A stretch of DNA of 64,000 nt from Auanema rhodensis. Lineage: Eukaryota; Animalia; Nematoda. The translations under genes and the position numbers were made by a program. The notes under the pieces are model-generated. The model did not search any database. It worked only from the letters and a program-made list of their open reading frames with translations, and had not been told where the DNA came from. Shown piece after piece: positions 1 through 11,529 of the stretch. Every line of letters starts with the position of its first letter. Within the stretch, counting starts at the first letter, position 1. The stretch lies in the NCBI GenBank assembly GCA_964057225.1, contig OZ059899.1, forward strand, positions 20,150,001 through 20,214,000. Reading direction: 5' to 3'.

Positions 1-67
1 AATTTACGTGAACTTTAATTTATGCTAATTAAACGTACACGTGATGTGCACTTGGTTTGTAACTCGC

Positions 68-77
68 TTCACGTGAA
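68..77. other. 10-bp palindrome TTCACGTGAA (E-box core) in A76 monomers; second E-box CACGTG at monomer 38-43
   Basis: Read directly from the sequence. The sequence match is certain; function is unknown. Confidence 0.8.
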
Positions 78-156
78 AGATAAAGAGATGCGGTTTTTAA
101 AATTAGATTCCCCATGTCCATATTAGTCTAAAAACAATTTTTTACTGATATTGGTG

Positions 157-169
157 CATGGTAACCATG
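157..169. other. Dyad CATGGT-A-ACCATG, once per monomer (first instance given)
   Basis: CATGGT and ACCATG are exact reverse complements with a 1-nt spacer. The dyad is broken only by the CCATAAC allele (7 monomers seen). Confidence 0.9.
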
Positions 170-3100
170 ATTTTGAAATTTACGTGAACTTTAATTTATG
201 CTAATTAAACGTACACGTGGTGTGCACTCGGTATGTAACTCGCTTCACGTGAAAGATAAAGAGATGCGGTTTTTAAAATTAGATTCCCCATGTCCATATT
301 AGTCTAAAAACAATTTTTTACTGATATTGGTGCATGGTAACCATGATTTTGAAATTTACGTGAACTTTAATTTATGCTAATTAAACGTACACGTGGTGTG
401 CACTCGGTATGTAACTCGCTTCACGTGAAAGATAAAAAGATGCGGTTTTCAAAATTAGATTCCCCATGTCCATATTAGTCTAAAAACAAATTTTTATTGA
501 TATTGGTGCATGGTAACCATGACTTTGAAATTTACGTGAACTTTAATTTATGCTAATTAAACGTACACGTGGTGTGCACTCGGTATGTAACTTGCTTCAC
601 GTGTAAGATAAAGAGATGCGGTTTTCAAAATTAGATTCCCCATGTCCATATTAGTCTAAAAACAAATTTTTATTGATATTGGTGCATGGTAACCATGACT
701 TTGAAATTTACGTGAACTTTAATTTATGCTAATTAAACGTACACGTGGTGTGCACTCGGTATGTAACTCGCTTCACGTGTAAGATAAAGAGATGCAGTCA
801 TCAAAATTAGATTCCCCATGTCCATATTAGTCTAAAAACAATTTTTTACTGATATTGGTGCATGGTAACCATGATTTTGAAATTTACGTGAACTTTAATT
901 TATGCTAATTAAACGTACACGTGGTGTGCACTCGGTATGTAACTCGCTTCACGTGTAAGATAAAGAGATGCAGTCATCAAAATTAGATTCCCCATGTCCA
1001 TATTAGTCTAAAAACAAATTTTTATTGATATTGGTGCATGGTAACCATGACTTTGAAATTTACGTGAACTTTAATTTATGCTAATTAAACGTACACGTGT
1101 TGTGCACTCGGTATGTAACTCGCTTCACGTGGAAGATAAAGAGATGCGGTTATCAAAATTAGATTCCCCATGTCCATATTAGTCTAAAAACAATTTTTTA
1201 CTGATATTGGTGCATGGTAACCATGATTTTGAAATTTACGTGAACTTTAATTTATGCTAATTAAACGTACACGTGATGTGCACTTGGTTTGTAACTCGCT
1301 TCACGTGAAAGATAAAGAGATGCGGTTTTTAAAATTAGATTCCCCATGTCCATATTAGTCTAAAAACAATTTTTTACTGATATTGGTGCATGGTAACCAT
1401 GATTTTGAAATTTACGTGAACTTTAATTTATGCTAATTAAACGTACACGTGGTGTGCACTCGGTATGTAACTCGCTTCACGTGAAAGATAAAGAGATGCG
1501 GTTTTTAAAATTAGATTCCCCATGTCCATATTAGTCTAAAAACAATTTTTTACTGATATTGGTGCATGGTAACCATGATTTTGAAATTTACGTGAACTTT
1601 AATTTATGCTAATTAAACGTACACGTGGTGTGCACTCGGTATGTAACTCGCTTCACGTGAAAGATAAAAAGATGCGGTTTTCAAAATTAGATTCCCCATG
1701 TCCATATTAGTCTAAAAACAAATTTTTATTGATATTGGTGCATGGTAACCATGACTTTGAAATTTACGTGAACTTTAATTTATGCTAATTAAACGTACAC
1801 GTGGTGTGCACTCGGTATGTAACTCGCTTCACGTGTAAGATAAAGAGATGCGGTTTTTAAAATTAGATTCCCCATGTCCATATTAGTCTAAAAACAATTT
1901 TTTACTGATATTGGTGCATGGTAACCATGATTTTGAAATTTACGTGAACTTTAATTTATGCTAATTAAACGTACACGTGGTGTGCACTCGGTATGTAACT
2001 CGCTTCACGTGTAAGATAAAGAGATGCAGTCATCAAAATTAGATTCCCCATGTCCATATTAGTCTAAAAACAATTTTTTACTGATATTGGTGCATGGTAA
2101 CCATGATTTTGAAATTTACGTGAACTTTAATTTATGCTAATTAAATGTACAAGTGATGTGCACTTGTTATGTAACTCGCTTCACGTGAAAGATAAGGAGA
2201 TGCGGTTTTCAAAATTAGATTTCCCATGTCCATATTAGTCTAAAAACAAATTTTTATTGATATTGGTGCATGGTAACCATGACTTTGAAATTTACGTGAA
2301 CTTTAATTTATGCTAATTAAACGTACACGTGGTGTGCACTCGGTATGTAACTCGCTTCACGTGAAAGATAAAGAGATGCGGTTTTCAAAATTAGATTCCC
2401 CATGTCCATATTAGTCTAAAAACAAATTTTTTTTGATATTGGTGCATGGTAACCATGATTTTGAAAATTACGTGAACTTTAATTTATGCTAATTAAATGT
2501 ACATGTGGTGTGCACTCGGTATGTAACTCGCTTCACGTGAAAGTAAAAGAGATGCGGTTTTCAAAATTAGATTCCCCATGTCCATATTAGTCTAAAAACA
2601 AATTTTTATTGATATTGGTGCATGGTAACCATGACTTTGAATTTTACGTGAACTTTAATTTATGCTAATTAAACGTACACGTGGTGTGCACTCGGTATGT
2701 AACTCGCTTCACGTGAAAGATAAAGAGATGCGGTTTTCAAAATTAGATTCCCCATGTCCATATTAGTCTAAAAACAAATTTTTATTGATATTGGTGCATG
2801 GTAACCATGACTTTGAAATTTACGTGAACTTTAATTTATGCTACATAAATGTACACGTGATGTGCACTTGGTATGTAACTCGCTTCACGTGAAAGATAAA
2901 AAGATGCAGTTTTTAAAATTAGATTCCCCATGTCCATATTAGTCTAAAAACAATTTTTTACTGATATTGGTGCATGGTAACCATAACTTTGAAATTTACG
3001 TGAACTTTAATTTATGCTTATTAAACGTACACGTGGTGTGCACTCGGTATGTAACTCGCTTCACGTGAAAGATAAAGAGATGCAGTTATCAAAATTAGAT

Positions 3101-6100
3101 TCCCCATGTCCATATTAGTCAAAAAACAAATTTTTATTGATATTGGTGCATGGTAACCATGACTTTGAAATTTACGTGAACTTTAATTTATGCTAATTAA
3201 ATGTACACGTGGTGTGCACTCGGTATGTAACTCGCTTCACGTGAAAGATAAAGAGATGCAGTTATCAAAATTAGATTCCCCATGTCCATATTAGTCTAAA
3301 AACAATTTTTTACTGATATTGGTGCATGGTAACCATGATTTTGAAATTTACGTGAACTTTAATTTATGCTAATTAAACGTACATGTGATGTGCACTTGGT
3401 ATGTAACTCGCTTCACGTGAAATATAAAGAGATGCGGTTTTTAAAATTAGATTCCCCATGTCCATATTAGTCTAAAAACAATTTTTTACTGATATTGGTG
3501 CATGGTAACCATGATTTTGAAATTTACGTGAACTTTAATTTATGCTAATTAAACGTACACGTGGTGTGCACTCGGTATGTAACTCGCTTCACGTGAAAGA
3601 TAAAGAGATGCGGTTTTCAAAATTAGATTCCCCATGTCCATATTAGTCTAAAAACAAATTTTTTTTGATATTGGTGCATGGTAACCATGATTTTGAAATT
3701 TACGTGAACTTTAATTTATGCTAATTAAACGTACACGTGGTGTGCACTCGGTATGTAACTCGCTTCACGTGTAAGATAAAGAGATGCGGTTTTCAAAATT
3801 AGATTCCCCATGTCCATATTAGTCTAAAAACAAATTTTTATTGATATTGGTGCATGGTAACCATGATTTTGAAATTTACGTGAACTTTAATTTATGCTAA
3901 TTAAACGTACACGTGGTGTGCACTCGGTATGTAACTCGCTTCACGTGAAAGATAAAAAGATGCGGTTTTCAAAATTAGATTCCCCATGTCCATATTGGTC
4001 TAAAAACAAATTTTTATTGATATTGGTGCATGGTAACCATGACTTTGAAATTTACGTGAACTTTAATTCATGCTAATTAAACGTACACGTGGTGTGCACT
4101 CGGTATGTAACTCGCTTCACGTAAAAGATAAAGAGATGCGGTTTTTAAAATTAGATTCCCCATGTCCATATTAGTCTAAAAACAATTTTTTACTGATATT
4201 GGTGCATGGTAACCATGATTTTGAAATTTACGTGAACTTTAATTTATGCTAATTAAACGTACACGTGGTGTGCACTCGGTATGTAACTCGCTTCACGTGA
4301 AAGATAAAGAGATGCGGTTTTCAAAATTAGATTCCCCATGTCCATATTAGTCTAAAAACAAATTTTAATTGATATTGGTGCATGGTAACCATGACTTTGA
4401 AATTTACGTGAACTTTAATTTATGCTAATTAAACGTACACGTGGTGTGCACTCGGTATGTAACTCGCTTCACGTGAAAGATAAAGAGATGCGGTTTTCAA
4501 AATTAGATTCCCCATGTCCATATTAGTCTAAAAACAAATTTTTTTTGATATTGGTGCATGGTAACCATGATTTTGAAATTTACGTGAACTTTAATTTATG
4601 CTAATTAAATGTACACGTGGTGTGCACTCGGTATGTAACTCGCTTCACGTGAAAGATAAAGAGATGCGGTTTTCAAAATTAGATTCCTCATTTCCATATT
4701 AGTCTAAAAACGAATTTTTATTGATATTGGTGCATGGTAACCATGACTTTGAAATTTACGTGAACTTTAATTTATGCTAATTAAACGTACACGTGGTGTG
4801 CACTCGGTATGTAACTCGCTTCACGTGTAAGATAAAGAGATGCGGTTTTCAAAATTAGATTCCCCATGTCCATATTAGTCTAAAAACAAATTTTTATTGA
4901 TATTGGTGCATGGTAACCATGACTTTGAAATTTACGTGAACTTTAATTTATGCTAATTAAACGTACACGTGGTGTGCACTCGGTATGTAACTCGCTTCAC
5001 GTGTAAGATAAAGAGATGCAGTTATCAAAATTAGATTCCCCATGTCCATATTAGTCTAAAAACAATTTTTTACTGATATTGGTGCATGGTAACCATGATT
5101 TTGAAATTTACGTGAACTTTAATTTATGCTAATTAAACGTACATGTGATGTGCACTTGGTATGTAACTCGCTTCACGTGAAATATAAAGAGATGCGGTTT
5201 TTAAAATTAGATTCCCCATGTCCATATTAGTCTAAAAACAATTTTTTACTGATATTGGTGCATGGTAACCATGATTTTGAAATTTACGTGAACTTTAATT
5301 TATGCTAATTAAACGTACACGTGGTGTGCACTCGGTATGTAACTCGCTTCACGTGAAAGATAAAAAGATGCGGTTTTCAAAATTAGATTCCCCATGTCCA
5401 TATTAGTCTAAAAACAAATTTTTATTGATATTGGTGCATGGTAACCATGACTTTGAAATTTACGTGAACTTTAATTTATGCTACATAAATGTACACGTGA
5501 TGTGCACTTGGTATGTAACTCGCTTCACGTGAAAGATAAAAAGATGCAGTTTTTAAAATTAGATTCCCCATGTTCATATTAGTCTAAAAACAATTTTTTA
5601 CTGATATTGGTGCATGGTAACCATAACTTTGAAATTTACGTGAACTTTAATTTATGCTTATTAAACGTACACGTGGTGTGCACTCGGTATGTAACTCGCT
5701 TCACGTGAAAGATAAAGAGATGCAGTTATCAAAATTAGATTCCCCATGTCCATATTAGTCTAAAAACAAATTTGTATTGATATTGGTGCATGGTAACCAT
5801 GACTTTGAAATTTACGTGAACTTTAATTTATGCTACATAAATCTACACGTGATGTGCACTTGGTATGTAACTCGCTTCACGTGAAAGATAAAGAGATGCG
5901 GTTTTCAAAATTAGATTCCTCATGTCCATATTAGTCTAAAAACAAATTTTTATTGATATTGGTGCATGGTAACCATGACTTTGAAATTTACGTGAACTTT
6001 AATTTATGCTACATAAATCTACACGTGATGTGCACTTGGTATGTAACTCGCTTCACGTGAAAGATAAAAAGATGCGGTTTTTAAAATTAGATTCCCCATG

Positions 6101-9100
6101 TCCATATTAGTCTAAAAACAATTTTTTACTGATATTGGTGCATGGTAACCATGACTTTGAAATTTGCGTGAACTTTAATTTATGCTAATTAAACGTACAC
6201 GTGGTGTGCACTCGGTATGTAACTCGCTTCACGTGTAAGATAAAGAGATGCGGTTTTCAAAATTAGATTCCCCATGTCCATATTAGTCTAAAAACAAATT
6301 TTTATTGATATTGGTGCATGGTAACCATGACTTTGAATTTTACGTGAACTTTAATTTATGCTAATTAAACGTACACGTGGTGTGCACTCGGTATGTAACT
6401 CGCTTCACGTGTAAGATAAAGAGATGCGGTTTTCAAAATTAGATTCCCCATGTCCATATTAGTCTAAAAACAAATTTTTATTGATATTGGTGCATGGTAA
6501 CCATGACTTTGAAATTTACGTGAACTTTAATTTATGCTAATTAAACGTACACGTGGTGTGCACTCGGTATGTAACTCGCTTCACGTGTAAGATAAAGAGA
6601 TGCGGTTTTCAAAATTAGATTCCCCATGTCCATATTAGTCTAAAAACAAATTTTTATTGATATTGGTGCATGGTAACCATGACTTTGAAATTTACGTGAA
6701 CTTTAATTTATGCTAATTAAACGTACACGTGGTGTGCACTCGGTATGTAACTCGCTTCACGTGTAAGATAAAGAGATGCGGTTTTCGAAATTAGATTCCC
6801 CATGTCCATATTAGTCTAAAAACAAATTTTTATTGATATTGGTGCATGGTAACCATGATTTTGAAATTTACGTGAACTTTAATTCATGCTAATTAAATGT
6901 ACACGTGGTGTGCACTCGGTATGTAACTCGCTTCACGTGAAAGATAAAGAGATGCAGTTATCAAAATTAGATTCCCCATGTACATATTAGTCTAAAAACA
7001 ATTTTTTACTGATATTGGTGCATGGTAACCATGACTTTGAAATTTACGTGAACTTTAATTTATGCTAATTAAACGTACACGTGATGTGCACTTGGTATGT
7101 AACTCGCTTCACGTGAAAGATAAAGAGATGCGGTTTTTAAAATTAGATTCCCCATGTCCATATTAGTCTAAAAACAATTTTTTACTGATATTGGTGCATG
7201 GTAACCATGATTTTGAAATTTACGTGAACTTTAATTTATGCTAATTAAACGTACACGTGGTGTGCACTCGGTATGTAACTCGCTTCACGTGAAAGATAAA
7301 GAGATGCGGTTCTCAAAATTAGATTCCCCATGTCCATATTAGTCTAAAAACAAATTTTTATTGATATTGGTGCATGGTAACCATGACTTTGAAATTTACG
7401 TGAACTTTAATTTATGCTAATTAAACGTACACGTGGTGTGCACTCGGTATGTAACTCGCTTCACGTGAAAGATAAAGAGATGCGGTTTTCAAAATTAGAT
7501 TCCCCATGTCCATATTAGTCTAAAAACAAATTTTTTTTGATATTGGTGCATGGTAACCATGATTTTGAAATTTACGTGAACTTTAATTTATGCTAATTAA
7601 ATGTACACGTGGTGTGCACTCGGTATGTAACTCGCTTCACGTGAAAGATAAAGAGATGCGGTTCTCAAAATTAGATTCCCCATGTCCATATTAGTCTAAA
7701 AACAAATTTTTATTGATATTGGTGCATGGTAACCATGACTTTGAAATTTACGTGAACTTTAATTTATGCTAATTAAACGTACACGTGGTGTGCACTCGGT
7801 ATGTAACTCGCTTCACGTGAAAGATAAAGAGATGCGGTTTTCAAAATTAGATTCCCCATGTCCATATTAGTCTAAAAACAAATTTTTTTTGATATTGGTG
7901 CATGGTAACCATGATTTTGAAATTTACGTGAACTTTAATTTATGCTAATTAAATGTACACGTGGTGTGCACTTGGTATGTAACTCGCTTCACGTGAAAGA
8001 TAAAGAGATGCAGTTATCAAAATTAGATTCCCCATGTCCATATTAGTCTAAAAACAAATTTTTATTGATATTGGTGCATGGTAACCATGACTTTGAAATT
8101 TACGTGAACTTTAATTTATGCTACATAAATCTACACGTGATGTGCACTTGGTATGTAACTCGCTTCACGTGAAAGATAAAAAGATGCGGTTTTTAAAATT
8201 AGATTCCCCATGTCCATATTAGTCTAAAAACAATTTTTTACTGATATTGGTGCATGGTAACCATGACTTTGAAATTTACGTGAACTTTAATTTATGCTAA
8301 TTAAACGTACACGTGGTGTGCACTCGGTATGTAACTCGCTTCACGTGTAAGATAAAGAGATGCGGTTTTCAAAATTAGATTCCCCATGTCCATATTAGTC
8401 TAAAAACAAATTTTTATTGATATTGGTGCATGGTAACCATGATTTTGAAATTTACGTGAACTTTAATTTATGCTAATTTAACGTACACGTGGTGTGCACT
8501 CGGTATGTAACTCGCTTCACGTGTAAGATAAAGAGATGCGGTTTTCAAAATTAGATTCCCCATGTCCATATTAGTCTAAAAACAAATTTTTTTTTGATAT
8601 TGGTGCATGGTAACCATGACTTTGAAATTTACGTGAACTTTAATTTATGCTACATAAATCTACACGTGATGTGCACTTGGTATGTAACTCGCTTCACGTG
8701 AAAGATAAAAAGATGCGGTTTTTAAAATTAGATTCCCCATGTCCATATTAGTCTAAAAACAATTTTTTACTGATATTGGTGCATGGTAACCATGACTTTG
8801 AAATTTACGTGAACTTTAATTTATGCTAATTAAACGTACACGTGGTGTGCACTCGGTATGTAACTCGCTTCACGTGTAAGATAAAGAGATGCGGTTTTCA
8901 AAATTAGATTCCCCATGTCCATATTAGTCTAAAAACAAATTTTTATTGATATTGGTGCATGGTAACCATGACTTTGAAATTTACGTGAACTTTAATTTAT
9001 GCTAATTAAACGTACACGTGGTGTGCACTCGGTATGTAACTCGCTTCACGTGTAAGATAAAGAGATGCGGTTTTCAAAATTAGATTCCCCATGTCCATAT

Positions 9101-11529
9101 TAGTCTAAAAACAAATTTTTATTGATATTGGTGCATGGTAACCATGACTTTGAAATTTACGTGAACTTTAATTTATGCTAATTAAATGTACACGTGGTGT
9201 GCACTCGGTATGTAACTCGCTTCACGTGAAAGATAAAGAGATGCGGTTTTCAAAATTAGATTCCTCATTTCCATATTAGTCTAAAAACGAATTTTTATTG
9301 ATATTGGTGCATGGTAACCATGACTTTGAAATTTACGTGAACTTTAATTTATGCTAATTAAACGTACACGTGGTGTGCACTCGGTATGTAACTCGCTTCA
9401 CGTGAAAGATAAAAAGATGCGGTTTTTAAAATTAGATTCCCCATGTCCATATTAGTCTAAAAACAATTTTTTACTGATATTGGTGCATGGTAACCATGAC
9501 TTTGAAATTTACGTGAACTTTAATTTATGCTAATTAAACGTACACGTGGTGTGCACTCGGTATGTAACTCGCTTCACGTGTAAGATAAAGAGATGCGGTT
9601 TTCAAAATTAGATTCCCCATGTCCATATTAGTCTAAAAACAAATTTTTATTGATATTGGTGCATGGTAACCATGATTTTGAAATTTACGTGAACTTTAAT
9701 TTATGCTAATTAAACGTACACGTGGTGTGCACTCGGTATGTAACTCGCTTCACGTGTAAGATAAAGAGATGCGGTTTTCAAAATTAGATTCCCCATGTCC
9801 ATATTAGTCTAAAAACAAATTTTTTTTTGATATTGGTGCATGGTAACCATGACTTTGAAATTTACGTGAACTTTAATTTATGCTACATAAATCTACACGT
9901 GATGTGCACTTGGTATGTAACTCGCTTCACGTGAAAGATAAAGAGATGCGGTTTTCAAAATTAGATTCCCCATGTCCATATTAGTCTAAAAACAAATTTT
10001 TATTGATATTGGTGCATGGTAACCATGACTTTGAAATTTACGTGAACTTTAATTTATGCTAATTAAACGTACACGTGGTGTGCACTCGGTATGTAACTCG
10101 CTTCACGTGTAAGATAAAGAGATGCGGTTTTCAAAATTAGATTCCCCATGTCCATATTAGTCTAAAAACAAATTTTTTTTTGATATTGGTGCATGGTAAC
10201 CATGACTTTGAAATTTACGTGAACTTTAATTTATGCTACATAAATCTACACGTGATGTGCACTTGGTATGTAACTCGCTTCACGTGAAAGATAAAGAGAT
10301 GCGGTTTTCAAAATTAGATTCCCCATGTCCATATTAGTCTAAAAACAAATTTTTATTGATATTGGTGCATGGTAACCATGACTTTGAAATTTACGTGAAC
10401 TTTAATTTATGCTAATTAAACGTACACGTGGTGTGCACTCGGTATGTAACTCGCTTCACGTGTAAGATAAAGAGATGCGGTTTTCAAAATTAGATTCCCC
10501 ATGTCCATATTAGTCTAAAAACAATTTTTTACTGATATTGGTGCATGGTAACCATGACTTTGAAATTTACGTGAACTTTAATTTATGCTAATTAAACGTA
10601 CACGTGGTGTGCACTCGGTATGTAACTCGCTTCACGTGTAAGATAAAGAGATGCGGTTTTCAAAATTAGATTCCCCATGTCCATATTAGTCTAAAAACAA
10701 ATTTTTATTGATATTGGTGCATGGTAACCATGATTTTGAAATTTACGTGAACTTTAATTTATGCTAATTAAACGTACACGTGGTGTGCACTCGGTATGTA
10801 ACTCGCTTCACGTGTAAGATAAAGAGATGCAGTTTTCAAAATTAGATTCCCCATGTCCATATTAGTCTAAAAACAAATTTTTTTTTGATATTGGTGCATG
10901 GTAACCATGACTTTGAAATTTACGTGAACTTTAATTTATGCTACATAAATCTACACGTGATGTGCACTTGGTATGTAACTCGCTTCACGTGAAAGATAAA
11001 AAGATGCGGTTTTTAAAATTAGATTCCCCATGTCCATATTAGTCTAAAAACAATTTTTTACTGATATTGGTGCATGGTAACCATGACTTTGAAATTTACG
11101 TGAACTTTAATTTATGCTAATTAAACGTACACGTGGTGTGCACTCGGTATGTAACTCGCTTCACGTGTAAGATAAAGAGATGCGGTTTTCAAAATTAGAT
11201 TCCCCATGTCCATATTAGTCTAAAAACAAATTTTTATTGATATTGGTGCATGGTAACCATGACTTTGAAATTTACGTGAACTTTAATTTATGCTAATTAA
11301 ACGTACACGTGGTGTGCACTCGGTATGTAACTCGCTTCACGTGTAAGATAAAGAGATGCGGTTTTCAAAATTAGATTCCCCATGTCCATATTAGTCTAAA
11401 AACAAATTTTTATTGATATTGGTGCATGGTAACCATGACTTTGAAATTTACGTGAACTTTAATTTATGCTACATAAATCTACACGTGATGTGCACTTGGT
11501 ATGTAACTCGCTTCACGTGAAAGATAAAA

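Larger units (their letters stand above)
1..176. repeat. Representative monomer (arbitrary phase set by the window start)
   Basis: The sequence restarts at 177. Consensus has ~60/176 G+C and 7 CpG, all within monomer positions 7-92. It contains GTGCAC (ApaLI), two CACGTG (PmlI) and GGTAACC (BstEII). Confidence 0.98.
1..2130. repeat. Partial 7-monomer (1,232-bp) local duplication
   Basis: GGTTTGT variant at 57 and 1289; CAGTCATC variant at 799 and 2031 (both +1232). Confidence 0.8.

Noticed and set aside
48-96. CENP-B box
   Set aside because: No match to NTTCGNNNNANNCGGGN on either strand. CTCGG and CTCGC are only superficially similar.
78-99. GATA-factor sites (AGATAA; TTATCA in the CAGTTATC allele) as regulatory elements
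   Set aside because: Six-bp AT-rich motifs are expected by chance in 66% AT DNA, there is no gene nearby, and the site is disrupted in several alleles.
1-176. Identity with Brassica CentBr (176 bp), Arabidopsis CEN178 or primate alpha satellite
   Set aside because: Only the length is similar. I recognise none of their diagnostic sequence, for example there is no HindIII AAGCTT in the consensus. A database search is still needed.
3894-4076. 60-aa ORF from the provided track
   Set aside because: It is one satellite monomer in which a private A>G at 3997 turns the usual TAG into TGG. Other monomers stop at codon 19 or 35, 176 is not a multiple of 3, and the peptide has no recognisable domain.
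8585-8600. T9 tracts as sequencing homopolymer errors
   Set aside because: They are linked to the downstream GAC allele and are reproduced at matching positions in duplicated blocks, so they are genuine.
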